A DNA stretch of 24,000 nt from Epidermidibacterium keratini (GCF_009834025.1 NZ_CP047156.1:2850067-2874066); one strand, 5' to 3'; shown: positions 7,789 through 17,830, counted from the stretch's first letter. Notes: generated by a model from the letters alone, not told the origin. A program made the numbers and translations.

Positions 7789-9129
7789 TTAGGCGGTAGC
7801 AGGTGCGGCGAGCGCGGGTTCGCGTTCCTCGCCGAACGGATCCGCCGAGCGGGTGCTCTCGAAGACGTCTTTGTCCAGGATGCCCTCACGCTTGGCGACG
7901 ATGGTCGGCACGAGAGCCTGCCCGGCGACGTTGACCGCCGTACGGCCCATGTCCAGGATCGGGTCGACCGCGAGCAGCAGGCCGACACCGGCCAGCGGCA
8001 GGCCGAGCGTTGACAGCGTCAGCGTCAGCATCACGACCGCGCCGGTCACGCCCGCGGTCGCGGCCGAGCCGACGACCGAGACGAGTGCGATCAGCAGGTA
8101 GTCGCCGATACCGAGGTCGATCCCGAAGAACTGCGCCACGAAGATCGCCGACAGGGCAGGATAAATCGCCGCGCAACCGTCCATCTTGGTGGTGGCGCCA
8201 AGGGGCACGGCGAAGCTCGCGTACTCGCGGGGTACGCCGAGGTTCGTCGTCGTCACCCGCTCGGTGACCGGCAGCGTGCCGATCGAGGAGCGCGAGACGA
8301 AACCGAGCTGGATCGCCGGCCATGCGCCCGCGAACCAGCGGCGTACTGACAGCCCGTTGAGCTTCAGCAGCACCGGGTAGACGACGAAGAGCACCAGCAG
8401 CAGGCCGGCATACACCGCGGCGACGAAGACGCCGAGCGATGAAAGAGATTCCCAGCCATAGCTGGCAACCGCGTTGCCGATCAGGCCGAGCGTGCCGATC
8501 GGGGCGAGCAGGATGATCCACCACAGGACCTTCTGCACGATCGCCAGCAGCGAGGCATTGAAGGCCAGGAACGGCTCGGCGGCCTTGCCGACCTTAAGCG
8601 CGGCGATGCCGATCGCCAGCGAGATCACCAGCAGCTGCAGCACGTTAAAGGAGAGTCCCACGCCCTCATCGGAGGCTGATGCCTCTAGCCCGAGGATGTT
8701 GCCCGGCACCAGCCCGAGCAGGAAGTCCCACCAGGAGCCCTGGGTGGAGACCGCGCTCGCAGCCGACTCGTCGACCGAGGTGTGCAGGCCCGGATTGGTG
8801 GTCAGGCCGAGGACAAGGCCGATGCTCACCGCGATCGCTGCGGTGATGGCAAACCACAGCAGCGTCTGACCGGCCAGGCGTGCGGCGTTCGAGACCTTGC
8901 GCAGGTTGGCGATGGAGGCAATGACCGCGGTGACGATCAGCGGGATGACGATGACCCGCAGCAGCGCGACGAAGGTGCTGCCGATGGTGTCGAGGGTTGA
9001 GGTGAGCCAGTTGGGCTCGCCGTCGCCGACGGTGCCCATCGAGCGAGCGAGCAGGCCGAGCCCGACGCCGATGATGAGGGCGAGGAAGATCTGTGCCGCA
9101 AACGGCACTTTGCGCAAGGCGCGAAGCAT
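7789..9129 (-). CDS. Dicarboxylate/amino acid:cation symporter (DAACS family)
   Basis: LLRVIVIPLIVTAVIASIANL, SRSSIGTLPVT, VPLGATTKMDGCAAIYPALSAIFVAQFFG and DPILDMGRTAVNVAGQALV motifs of the GltP/DctA/SstT fold. Confidence 0.92.
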   Translation of the reverse strand: MLRALRKVPFAAQIFLALIIGVGLGLLARSMGTVGDGEPNWLTSTLDTIGSTFVALLRVIVIPLIVTAVIASIANLRKVSNAARLAGQTLLWFAITAAIAVSIGLVLGLTTNPGLHTSVDESAASAVSTQGSWWDFLLGLVPGNILGLEASASDEGVGLSFNVLQLLVISLAIGIAALKVGKAAEPFLAFNASLLAIVQKVLWWIILLAPIGTLGLIGNAVASYGWESLSSLGVFVAAVYAGLLLVLFVVYPVLLKLNGLSVRRWFAGAWPAIQLGFVSRSSIGTLPVTERVTTTNLGVPREYASFAVPLGATTKMDGCAAIYPALSAIFVAQFFGIDLGIGDYLLIALVSVVGSAATAGVTGAVVMLTLTLSTLGLPLAGVGLLLAVDPILDMGRTAVNVAGQALVPTIVAKREGILDKDVFESTRSADPFGEEREPALAAPATA

Positions 9130-9345
9130 GGAGGAACCTTTCGGAAAAGACTGAGACGGGCTGGAGGTACGCCGGTCGTCAGCAGCCCGAGGTCTGCGCC
9201 CGCGCGAGATCGATGTGCAGTCGCCGCGTCAGGCCCCACAGATTTCCCACAACAAACGCAACGGCACGCCGCGGAGGGTTCATTCCGCTGTCGCGCATTT
9301 TTCTGGTCCTGACGTGAATTGAAAGCCGGTGAGAACCCGACGATT

Positions 9346-10035
9346 CTAGCCGGACCGGTTGGCGTCCTTATCCGCGCCCAGCCAGCCGATGGCCGCCGAG
9401 GCGAAGTCCGGGCGCTGCGCGGCGCCGGCCGGGATGGTGCCCAGCAGCGGTACATCTAACGCGGCGAGGTAGCGGTAGTTGTCACGCTCGACGATGCCTG
9501 GATCGGCCGGCCAGCTGCCGATGACGATCCCCGCAATGCGGCGCCCGCGGCGGTGCAGCGCCTCAACGGTGAGCATGGTGTGGTTGAGCGTGCCGAGCGC
9601 TGCCCGCACCACCACGATGACGGCGGCATCGAGCGCACCGGCGAGGTCGGCAATCGTCTCGCGCGCCCCGGTCAGCTCGACGAGCAGGCCGCCGGCCCCT
9701 TCCACAAGCACGTGATCATGCTGCCCGGAGAGGGCGGCCACCTCGTGACGATGATCGTCCAGGCGTGGAAGGCGCACCCCGTCGATCTCAGCAGCAGGCA
9801 CCGGCGCCATCGGCTCGGTGAGCCGGCACCCCTCGGCGATGGTGGCGCCGGTCAGTCGGCGTACGACCTGCATGTCGCCCTCGTCGCCCGGCCCGACGCC
9901 GGTCTGGGCCGGCTTGTACGCCGCGACGCTCCGGCCGGCGCCCTGCAACGCAGCGGCCAGAGCAGCGGTCACGATCGTTTTGCCGACGTCCGTGTCGGTG
10001 CCAGTGACCGCGACGACGGGCGGCAGACTCAGCAC
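9346..10035 (-). CDS. bioD: Dethiobiotin synthase
   Basis: VVAVTGTDTDVGKTIVTAALAAAL, YKPAQTG, VEGAGGLLVEL; GTG start overlaps the bioF stop. Confidence 0.93.
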   Translation of the reverse strand: MLSLPPVVAVTGTDTDVGKTIVTAALAAALQGAGRSVAAYKPAQTGVGPGDEGDMQVVRRLTGATIAEGCRLTEPMAPVPAAEIDGVRLPRLDDHRHEVAALSGQHDHVLVEGAGGLLVELTGARETIADLAGALDAAVIVVVRAALGTLNHTMLTVEALHRRGRRIAGIVIGSWPADPGIVERDNYRYLAALDVPLLGTIPAGAAQRPDFASAAIGWLGADKDANRSG

Positions 10036-11144
10036 GCCGCCGCCCGGCGTACCTCATCGGCGGTAAACTCGACCTGGACGGGTGTGAGGTCAGCCCGTGC
10101 GGTCAGCCGTAGCCGAGCAACCTCATCGGGTGTGCTCGGCGGGCGGAAGCAGCCGACGAGTACGCCGCGCTCGCGCAGCTGCTCGCGGGCCGCGACGGCG
10201 GCGGCCGGAGTTGGCATCGGGACCGACAGCACCGCGCCGGCACTGGGCGAGATCTCCAGAGCCCGTGAGATCTGTGCGGTGTGGCGGCCGATGGCGACGA
10301 CGAGGTCTGGCTGCTCACGCACGATATTGGTCGCGGCAAGTGCGCCGGCGGCGGCTGCCGGAGCGAGGCCGGTGTCGAAGATGAACGTGCGTGCGGCGTT
10401 GATCAGGTGCTCGCGCACTGCGGGGGTGCCGAGTACGACGCCGCCCTGGGCTCCGAGCGCTTTGGAGAGGGTGGCCGTCACGATCACGTCCTCGGCACCG
10501 GCGATCCCGAGCGTGTGCGCGAGCCCGCGGCCCTCACCGGCGACCCCGATGCCGTGTGCCTCGTCGATGATCAGCAGTGCGCCGTATCGCGCGCACACGT
10601 CGGCGAGCTCGCTCAGCGGCGCCGCGTCGCCGAGTACGGAGTAGACCGACTCGACCGCGACGATGCTGCGGCCCGGTTGCTGTGACAGCGCACGAGCGAG
10701 GTCGTCGATGTCGTTGTGGGCAAACGTCTCGTGCGGTGCTCGCGACATCCGTGCCGCGTCATGCAGCGATGCGTGTGCATGCTCATCGAGCAATATCGAA
10801 GTATCGCGATCTACGAATGCAGTCACCGCGCCCAGGTTGGCGGCATAGCCAGAAGCGAAGACGAGAGCCGACTGCTGCCCGCAGAGCTCGGCAAGCGCGG
10901 CCTCCAGGTCCTCGTGCACCGGCAGGGTCCCGGTGACCAGTCGCGATGCGCCCGCGCCGGCGCCGTACTCCTCGAGCGCCGCAACAGCGGCCGCGACGAC
11001 CCGCGAGTCCCGGCTGAGCCCGAGGTAGTCGTTGCCGGCCAGGTCGATCGTCGCGTCGTCGCGCAGTACGCCGATCGTGCGTGTCGTGCCGCGCTCGTCG
11101 CGCAGCTCGGCACGCTGGGCGAGCCACGACGTCCACGTGCTCAT
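10029..11144 (-). CDS. bioF: 8-amino-7-oxononanoate synthase
   Basis: NDYLGLS, GAGASRLVTGT, HASLHD, HNDIDDL, ESVYSVLGD, DEAHGIGVAG, TLSKALGAQGG; start ATG 11144 overlaps the bioA stop (ATGA). Confidence 0.93.
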   Translation of the reverse strand: MSTWTSWLAQRAELRDERGTTRTIGVLRDDATIDLAGNDYLGLSRDSRVVAAAVAALEEYGAGAGASRLVTGTLPVHEDLEAALAELCGQQSALVFASGYAANLGAVTAFVDRDTSILLDEHAHASLHDAARMSRAPHETFAHNDIDDLARALSQQPGRSIVAVESVYSVLGDAAPLSELADVCARYGALLIIDEAHGIGVAGEGRGLAHTLGIAGAEDVIVTATLSKALGAQGGVVLGTPAVREHLINAARTFIFDTGLAPAAAAGALAATNIVREQPDLVVAIGRHTAQISRALEISPSAGAVLSVPMPTPAAAVAAREQLRERGVLVGCFRPPSTPDEVARLRLTARADLTPVQVEFTADEVRRAAAC

Positions 11145-12469
11145 CGGTAGACCTCGCAGGTGGCGCCGATGATCGCGGCACCGATCGCGGCGATGTGCTC
11201 GGCGCTGCTGACGTAGGGCGGCATCGTGTAGACGAGGTCGCGAAACGGCCGCACCCATACGCCGCGGCGGACGGCGGCCGCGGCGACGGCGGGGACGTCG
11301 ACATCGCGGTCGAGTTGCACAACCCCGACCGCGCCGAGGACGCGGACGTCGTGCACCACCGGTAGGTCTCGTGCGGGAGCGAGGGCCGCCTGCAGCTCAC
11401 CCTCGATGCGGGCGACCTGCTCGCCGGCGTGCGTAGTGATCAGATCGACCGACGCGGCGGCGATCGCGCAGGCGAGCGGATTGGCCATGAACGTCGGTCC
11501 GTGCAGCAGCGCGCGCAGCTCGGAGCTGGCGATGACCGAGCCGACGCGCTCGGTCATCAGCACCGCAGCCAGGGTCAGGTAGCCGCCGGTCAGCGCCTTG
11601 CCCACGCACATCACGTCCGGTGCGATATCGGCCCACTCGCAGGCAAAGAGCCGCCCGGTGCGACCAAACGCCGTCGCGATCTCGTCGGCGATCAGCAGGA
11701 GGTCGTAGTCGTCGGCGACCTCGCGCATGACGCGCAGGCACTGCGGCGGGTAGATGTACATCCCGCCGGCGCCCTGCAGCACCGGCTCGACCACGATCGC
11801 CGCCAGCTCGTCGCGGTGCGCCGCGGCTAGCTCCCGAAACGCAGATTCCCAGTCCTGCAAGGCTTCTTCGTCGTACTGCCAGCCGTCGGGACCGTAGGAC
11901 GCCTGCGGCGGGCGTGGCGCGAAGAGCTGCCCGGCCACCAGACCGGGGAAGGCCGAGTGCATGCCGCCGACGGGGTCGCACATGCTCATCGCGGCAAACG
12001 TGTCGCCGTGGTAGCCGCCGCGTACCGTCAGCATCCGTTGACGCTGCGGGCGTCCACGGCCGATCTGGTACTGCACGGCGAGCTTGAGCGCGACCTCGAC
12101 CGAGACCGAACCGGAGTCGGCGAAGAAGACGTGCGCCATCGGCCCGGGTGCGATAGCGACGAGCCGTTCGGCGAGCGCGATCGCCGGTTCGTGGGTCAGC
12201 CCGCCGAACATGACATGGCTGAACTCCCCGAGCTGGTCGGCGGCGGCCGCATCCAGGGTCGGGTTGCGATAGCCGTGCACCGCGCACCACCACGACGACA
12301 TCGCGTCGATCACCCGGTGCGTCTGGCCGTCAGCAGCGGTGAGCTGCAGGTGCACCCCGTCGGCGGCCGTGACGGCGTACGGCGCCGGCCCGTCGAGCGC
12401 GGCATACGGGTGCCACAGCAGGCCGCGGTCGCGCTCGATCAGGGCCGGGCGCTGCGCCGTCTTAGGCAT
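11141..12469 (-). CDS. bioA: Adenosylmethionine-8-amino-7-oxononanoate aminotransferase
   Basis: [90 protein letters not shown] at 12469 (an in-frame TTG lies at 12478). Confidence 0.95.
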   Translation of the reverse strand: MPKTAQRPALIERDRGLLWHPYAALDGPAPYAVTAADGVHLQLTAADGQTHRVIDAMSSWWCAVHGYRNPTLDAAAADQLGEFSHVMFGGLTHEPAIALAERLVAIAPGPMAHVFFADSGSVSVEVALKLAVQYQIGRGRPQRQRMLTVRGGYHGDTFAAMSMCDPVGGMHSAFPGLVAGQLFAPRPPQASYGPDGWQYDEEALQDWESAFRELAAAHRDELAAIVVEPVLQGAGGMYIYPPQCLRVMREVADDYDLLLIADEIATAFGRTGRLFACEWADIAPDVMCVGKALTGGYLTLAAVLMTERVGSVIASSELRALLHGPTFMANPLACAIAAASVDLITTHAGEQVARIEGELQAALAPARDLPVVHDVRVLGAVGVVQLDRDVDVPAVAAAAVRRGVWVRPFRDLVYTMPPYVSSAEHIAAIGAAIIGATCEVYR

Positions 12470-13526
12470 TGGGTGCAACGGTCGTGCCCGCGCCGCGGCG
12501 GCGGATCGCCGGGTCGTGCGATGCGGTCGCGCTGGGGGCGGCCTGCGAGGCGCCCAGTACGACGAAGCCGTTGTCGGCGATCAGCTCCAGGTCTGCCTCG
12601 GCGGCCTGTCCCTCAGAGGTGAGGTAGTCACCGAGGAAGATCGAGTTGGCGACGTGCAGGGCAAGGCCCTGCAGCGTGCGCAGGTGCATCTCGCGGCCGC
12701 CGGCGATCCGCACCTCGCGGTCGGGGCAGACGAAGCGAGCGAGGGCGAGGATCTTCAGGCAGCGCAGGGGAGTGAGCTCCCAGGTGCCGGCCAACGGGGT
12801 GCCGTCGAAGGGCATCAGGAAGTTGACCGGGATCGAGTCCGAGCCGAGCTCGCGCAGCGCGACGAGCGCCTCGACGAGCTGCTCGTCGCTCTCACCGAGT
12901 CCGGCGATCAGCCCGGAGCACGGCGAGAGTCCGGCGGCCTTGGCTTTGCTGACGGTGTCCACGCGGTCGTCGTACGTGTGAGTAGAGACGATCTCGTCGT
13001 GGTGGGACTGCGCGGTGTTGATGTTGTGGTTGTAGGCATCCACACCGGCTTCGCGCAGCCGCTGCGCCTGACCGTCGCGCAGCAGGCCCAGGCAGGCGCA
13101 CACCTCGGCCTCGGGGTGCTCGTCCTTGAGTGCGCCGACCATGCCGGCGACGCGCTCGACGTCGCGGTCGGTCGGTCCGCGGCCGCTGGAGACCATGCAC
13201 ACCCGACTCGCGCCGCCCTGCAGCCCGGCGCGGGCTTGCTCAAGCGCCTCGTCCGGGGTCAGCCATTTGTACTTCAGGATGTCGGCCTGTGAGCCCAGGC
13301 GCTGCGAGCAGTAGCCGCAGTCTTCCGGGCACAGACCCGACTTGAGGTTGACCAGGTAGTTGACCTTGACCGTGTTGGCGAAGTACTTGCGCCGCAGGCG
13401 TCCCGCGGCCGCCACGAGCTCGAGTACGTCGGCGTCCGGTGCGCGCAGGATGGCGAGCGCGTCGTCGGTGCTGATCGGCGTACCGGCGAGGACCTGGTCG
13501 GCGAGGGCGGCGTATGGCGTGGTCAT
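12462..13526 (-). CDS. bioB: Biotin synthase (radical SAM)
   Basis: [11 protein letters not shown] radical-SAM cluster motif, [53 protein letters not shown]. Confidence 0.96.
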   Translation of the reverse strand: MTTPYAALADQVLAGTPISTDDALAILRAPDADVLELVAAAGRLRRKYFANTVKVNYLVNLKSGLCPEDCGYCSQRLGSQADILKYKWLTPDEALEQARAGLQGGASRVCMVSSGRGPTDRDVERVAGMVGALKDEHPEAEVCACLGLLRDGQAQRLREAGVDAYNHNINTAQSHHDEIVSTHTYDDRVDTVSKAKAAGLSPCSGLIAGLGESDEQLVEALVALRELGSDSIPVNFLMPFDGTPLAGTWELTPLRCLKILALARFVCPDREVRIAGGREMHLRTLQGLALHVANSIFLGDYLTSEGQAAEADLELIADNGFVVLGASQAAPSATASHDPAIRRRGAGTTVAPNA

Positions 13527-13546
13527 GGGAACTCCTCACGGCAGGG

Positions 13547-13585
13547 ACTTGAACGGTGTTCAGGCTACCTGAACGGTGTTCAAGT
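13547..13585. promoter_or_regulatory. Duplicated BioQ-like operator
   Basis: Two copies of TGAACGGTGTTCA (13550-13562 and 13570-13582), each of form TGAAC-N3-GTTCA, start-to-start spacing 20 bp, nested in a 39-bp imperfect dyad, between bioB (ATG 13526) and the divergent TetR gene (ATG 13630). Confidence 0.75.
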
Positions 13586-13629
13586 TCCAGCGGCGCTAGG
13601 CTCGCGATCGTGAGGGGAGGGCCGAGTCG

Positions 13630-14154
13630 ATGGCGTTGACGCGTGTGCGGGTCGTTGATGTCGCGACCTCGATCCTGCGCGAGTTCGGCCTTGGCGACCT
13701 CTCGATGCGCCGCCTCGCCCGGGAGCTCGACGTCGCGCCCGGCGCGATCTATTGGCACATCGCAAACAAGCAGGTGCTGCTGGCCGCAGTTGCCGAGCGG
13801 CTGCTCGCCGACGTGCCGCTTGGTGAGCAGGGCGCCGATGATCCGGCCGCGGCACTGCGCGCGCACGTCCTGGCGGTCCGGGACGCCTTGCTGCCGGTGC
13901 CGGACGGCGCCGACGTGGTCGCGATCGCCTACACCCTCGATCCGGACTCGGTTCCGGCGCTGCGCGAGATCGGCGTACTGCTCAAGGAGGCTGGGGCGCA
14001 GGACGTGGCGGCGAGCACCGACCTCGTCGTACACCACATCCTCGGTTCGGTCGCCGCCACGCAGGTGCGTGCCGCCTCACCCGAGGAGGCCGTATCGAGT
14101 CCGGACAGATTCGAGCCCGCGCTCGACATCCTCCTCGGGCTTAGCTGTGGCTGA
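13630..14154 (+). CDS. bioQ: TetR family regulator, probable biotin repressor BioQ-like
   Basis: VRVVDVATSILREFGLGDLSMRRLARELDVAPGAIYWHIANKQVLLAAVAERLL is a TetR N-terminal HTH; symbol inferred from divergent position to bioB plus TGAAC-N3-GTTCA sites. Confidence 0.72.
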   Translation: MALTRVRVVDVATSILREFGLGDLSMRRLARELDVAPGAIYWHIANKQVLLAAVAERLLADVPLGEQGADDPAAALRAHVLAVRDALLPVPDGADVVAIAYTLDPDSVPALREIGVLLKEAGAQDVAASTDLVVHHILGSVAATQVRAASPEEAVSSPDRFEPALDILLGLSCG

Positions 14155-14183
14155 TTGCATGGTCTAGCCCGCAATCAGCCACA
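14146..14183. terminator. Possible bidirectional terminator hairpin
   Basis: Perfect 13-bp inverted repeat TGTGGCTGATTGC / GCAATCAGCCACA with a 12-nt loop between convergent TetR and corA genes; no T-tract. Confidence 0.45.
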
Positions 14184-14213
14184 CCTAGAGCCGCGGCCAT
14201 GGCCCACGCGTCG

Positions 14214-15314
14214 CTACAGCCAGCCGCTGCGCTTGAAGCCGCGATATAGCAGCGTGCAAATGGTGACGATCAGCAAGATGACCAGCGGGTAGCCGAACTT
14301 CCACTTGAGCTCGGGCATGAACTCGAAGTTCATCCCGTAGATGCCGGCGACGGCGGTGGGTACGGCGAAGATCGCCGCCCACGAGGTGATCTTGCGCATG
14401 TCCTCGTTTTCCGACAGCGAGATGCGCGCGATCTGCGCCTGCAGGATCGAGGTCAGCAGCTCATCGAGGCCGGTCACGGTGTCGCGCACCCTGATGAGGT
14501 GGTCCTCGACGTCGCGAAAGTAGTTGCGGATCTTCTTCGGCACCAGCGGCAGCTGCCGATGTGCGAGCGACTGCAGGGGGACCGCGAGCGGGGTGACAGC
14601 GCGCCGCAGCTCCAGCAGCTCTCGTTTGAGCTGGTAGATGCGGTCGACGTCCTTGCTCTTGCTGCGCGGGCTAAAGACGCTCTCTTCGAGCTCGTCGAGG
14701 TCGGTCTCGACCTCGTTGCAGACGTCGAGGTAGCGGTCGACGACGACGTCGCAGATCGCATAGAGCACGGCAGCCGGGCCGAGGGCCAGCAGGTCGCGGT
14801 CCTCGTTTTCCAGCCGATGGCGCAGCGTGGAGAAGTCGCCGAAGTTGCCGTGGCGCACGGTGATCGCGAAGTAGCTGCCGATGAAGACCATGACCTCGCT
14901 GGTGCGGATCACTTCGCTTTCGGCGGTCAGCTCGTCGTGCTCGACGTACCTGGCGGTCTTGAGCACCATGAACAGGTTGTCGTCGTAGCGCTCAAGCTTG
15001 GGGCGGTTGTGCGCGCTCATCGCGTCTTCGACCGCGAGCGGGTGCAGCCCGAACGCGTCGGCGATCTCGCCGAACTCGCCCTCTTCGGGCTCGAAGAGCC
15101 CCAGCCACACGAATCCGCCGTCGGCGCGCGCTACCTCTGCGGCGCGACGCCAGTCGTCGCACCGCTCGACGATCGCGCCGTCGCGATAGACGGCGCAGCC
15201 CACGAGGGGGTTATGAGTAACGCTCTCCACGGAGTCCTGCGAGCCGGGTTTGCGGCGTACGACGCTCAAGGAGGGCAGCGCCGGCCTGGACCGGCGCTCG
15301 TTGGTGGTAGCCAT
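14214..15314 (-). CDS. corA: CorA family magnesium/divalent cation transporter
   Basis: C-terminal TSWAAIFAVPTAVAGIYGMNFEFMPEL (GMN motif) plus the RDVEDHLIRV coiled-coil region. Confidence 0.93.
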   Translation of the reverse strand: MATTNERRSRPALPSLSVVRRKPGSQDSVESVTHNPLVGCAVYRDGAIVERCDDWRRAAEVARADGGFVWLGLFEPEEGEFGEIADAFGLHPLAVEDAMSAHNRPKLERYDDNLFMVLKTARYVEHDELTAESEVIRTSEVMVFIGSYFAITVRHGNFGDFSTLRHRLENEDRDLLALGPAAVLYAICDVVVDRYLDVCNEVETDLDELEESVFSPRSKSKDVDRIYQLKRELLELRRAVTPLAVPLQSLAHRQLPLVPKKIRNYFRDVEDHLIRVRDTVTGLDELLTSILQAQIARISLSENEDMRKITSWAAIFAVPTAVAGIYGMNFEFMPELKWKFGYPLVILLIVTICTLLYRGFKRSGWL

Positions 15315-15410
15315 CGTTCATGACCTTCCTCCTTCACGAAGTGTGCATGCAAGCGGGCGGGGAATGGGCAGCGCCAAATTCATACCCCGCGCCTGACTAC
15401 CCTAGACGGT

Positions 15411-16988
15411 ATGCCTGACATCCCCTCGGGGTCGTTTTTCATTACGACTCCTATCTACTACGTGACGGCCGCCCCGCATATCGGCAGCGCCTACACCACG
15501 ACCGCCGCCGACGTACTCGCTCGGTGGCACCGGCAGCGCGGCGAGAACGTGTATTTCCTGACCGGAACCGACGAGCACGGTCAGAAGGTGATGCGCACGG
15601 CACAGAAGGCCGGCAAGGGACCGCAGGAGTTCGTCGACGAGCTCGTACGCGATGAGTGGAAGCCCGCGTGGGAGCTGCTGGACATCAAGCCCGACCGGTT
15701 CATCCGCACCACCGACGAGGACCACGTCCGTCAGGTGCAGGAGTTCTGGCAGCGGCTGTACGACGCCGGCTGGGTCTACGAAGGCGAGTACACCGGGCGC
15801 TACTGCGTGGACTGTGAGGAGTTCAAGTCCGACGACCAGGTCGATGCTGAGGGCAACTGCCTGATCCACGAGCGCCCGACCGAGATCATCAGCGAGAAGA
15901 ACTGGTTCTTCAAGCTCAGCGAGTTCGGCGACAAGCTGCTCGCGCTGTATGACGAGGTCCCCGACTTCATCGCGCCAGCGGGCAGCCGCAACGAGATCAT
16001 CAACTACGTCAAGTCCGGCCTGCACGACCTGTCGATCTCCCGCTCGTCCTTCGACTGGGGCATCAAGGTGCCGTGGGATGACACGCAGGTCCTCTATGTC
16101 TGGATCGACGCCCTGCTGAACTACACCAGCGCCGCGCAGATCTTCGATGACCCCGAGCACTTCGCCGAGATCTGGCCGCCGACCCACCTGATGAGCCGCG
16201 ACATCCTGCGCTTCCACTCGGTGATCTGGCCGGCGATGCTGATGGCCGCCGGGTTCGCACCGCCGCGCCGCGTCTACGTGCACGGCTACCTGCTGGTCGG
16301 GGGCAAGAAGATGGCCAAGAGCAACGCCACGGCCATCCACCCGCGCGAGATCGTCGACACGTTCGGCGCGGACGCCTACCGCTACTACTTCATGAAGTCG
16401 ATCCCGTTCGGCTCCGACGCGTCGTTCTCGTGGGAGCACATTCAAGCGGTGTACGCCGACGAGCTCGCCAACAACCTCGGCAACCTCGCCTCCCGCGTCG
16501 CGGCGATGATCGGACGCTACTTCGACGGCGTACTGCCCTCGCCGGGAGCGCTGACCGATGCCGACGGCGAGATCGCCGACGCGCTTCGCAACGCTGCCCA
16601 GCGCGCGGATGTCGCCATCAGCAACCTGCACATCCACGAGGCGGTCGGCTACACGCACGACTTCGTGACGCGGGTCAACGGCTACATCACCGAGCAGGAG
16701 CCGTGGAAGGTCGCCAAGGACGACTCGCCGCTGGCGCGTGAGCGGCTCGCCACGATCCTCTACACCTGCGCGGAAGCGCTGCGCGCCGTCGCCGTACTGC
16801 ACAACTCGGTGATGCCGACGGCGATGGCCAAGCTGTGGGACTCACTCGGCGCCACGCAGACGCTCGGCGCGTTGGACGACCAGCCGCTGTCGAGTGCTGC
16901 CGAGTGGGGCACGCTGCCCGTCGGCGCGAGCGTGACGAAGGGCGAGGTGCTCTTTCCGCGGATCGAGACCGAGGCCGCACCGGCATGA
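15411..16988 (+). CDS. metG: Methionine--tRNA ligase
   Basis: FITTPIYYVTAAPHIGSAYTTTAADVLARWHR (HIGH-like), LTGTDEHGQKV, YVWIDALLNY, KMAKSNAT (KMSKS-like). Confidence 0.96.
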   Translation: MPDIPSGSFFITTPIYYVTAAPHIGSAYTTTAADVLARWHRQRGENVYFLTGTDEHGQKVMRTAQKAGKGPQEFVDELVRDEWKPAWELLDIKPDRFIRTTDEDHVRQVQEFWQRLYDAGWVYEGEYTGRYCVDCEEFKSDDQVDAEGNCLIHERPTEIISEKNWFFKLSEFGDKLLALYDEVPDFIAPAGSRNEIINYVKSGLHDLSISRSSFDWGIKVPWDDTQVLYVWIDALLNYTSAAQIFDDPEHFAEIWPPTHLMSRDILRFHSVIWPAMLMAAGFAPPRRVYVHGYLLVGGKKMAKSNATAIHPREIVDTFGADAYRYYFMKSIPFGSDASFSWEHIQAVYADELANNLGNLASRVAAMIGRYFDGVLPSPGALTDADGEIADALRNAAQRADVAISNLHIHEAVGYTHDFVTRVNGYITEQEPWKVAKDDSPLARERLATILYTCAEALRAVAVLHNSVMPTAMAKLWDSLGATQTLGALDDQPLSSAAEWGTLPVGASVTKGEVLFPRIETEAAPA

Positions 16989-17830
16989 GCCGCAAGCGTG
17001 ACGGCGAGGCGCCGCCGCTGCCCGAGCCGCTCCCGGCGCCGATCGTCGACAACCACACGCACCTGGACATCGTGCTGGAGTCGGTCGACTCGAGCACCGG
17101 CGCTGAGCTGGACAAGGCGCAGTCGGTTGGAGTCGACCGCATCGTGCAGGTGGGTACGACGCTGCAGTCCTCGGTGTGGGCCGCGCAGCTGGCAGCCAGC
17201 GATGACCGCGTGCTGGCGGCGATCGCCGTACACCCCAACGATGCGCCGCGGCTGGATGCTCGCGAGCTCGATGCCGCGCTCGCCGAGCTTGACCAACTGG
17301 CTGGCCAGCAGCGCGTGCGCGCAGTGGGCGAGACCGGGCTGGACTTCTATCGCACGCGTGACGACGAGGCGCTGAAGGTGCAAGAGCAGTCGTTTCGCCG
17401 GCACATCGACCTGGCGAAGCGGCATGGACTCGCGCTGATGATCCACGACCGCGACGCCCACGATGACGTCTTTGCGGTGCTGGAGTCCGAGGGGGCACCG
17501 GACACTGTGGTCTTCCACTGCTTCTCCGGCGATGCGGCGATGGCGCGTCGGTGTGCCGATCTGGGCTACTACATGTCGTTTGCCGGCAACACGACCTTCG
17601 CGAAGTCGACCGACCTGCGCGAGGCCGCGGTCGTGGCACCGCGTGAGCTGCTCATGCTGGAGACCGATGCGCCGTTCCTGACGCCGACGCCGTACCGCGG
17701 CCGGCCCAACTCGCCCTACCTCACCGCGCTCACGGCGCGGGCGATTGCCGACGAACGCGGCGATGACCTCGGCGAACTGTGCGTCGCGGTGAGCGAGAAC
17801 GCCGAGCGGGTATACGGCTCCTGGGCCTAA
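16985..17830 (+). CDS. TatD family hydrolase (metal-dependent DNase)
   Basis: IVDNHTHLD, VAxHPND-type motif, RAVGETGLDFYRT, VVFHCFSGDAAMA, LLMLETDAPFLTPTPYRGRPNSPYL; ATG overlaps the metG TGA. Confidence 0.93.
   Translation: MSRKRDGEAPPLPEPLPAPIVDNHTHLDIVLESVDSSTGAELDKAQSVGVDRIVQVGTTLQSSVWAAQLAASDDRVLAAIAVHPNDAPRLDARELDAALAELDQLAGQQRVRAVGETGLDFYRTRDDEALKVQEQSFRRHIDLAKRHGLALMIHDRDAHDDVFAVLESEGAPDTVVFHCFSGDAAMARRCADLGYYMSFAGNTTFAKSTDLREAAVVAPRELLMLETDAPFLTPTPYRGRPNSPYLTALTARAIADERGDDLGELCVAVSENAERVYGSWA

Noticed and set aside
9553-10644. 363-aa plus-strand ORF antisense to bioD/bioF
   Set aside because: No recognisable motif; the minus strand carries clear bioD and bioF.
12339-13292. 317-aa plus-strand ORF antisense to bioB/bioA
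   Set aside because: GC-driven spurious ORF; the bioB radical-SAM motif is on the opposite strand.
15402-16802. 466-aa minus-strand ORF antisense to metG
   Set aside because: Low-complexity, His/Arg/Val-rich translation without domain signatures; typical antisense frame of a high-GC gene. metG on the + strand is unambiguous.
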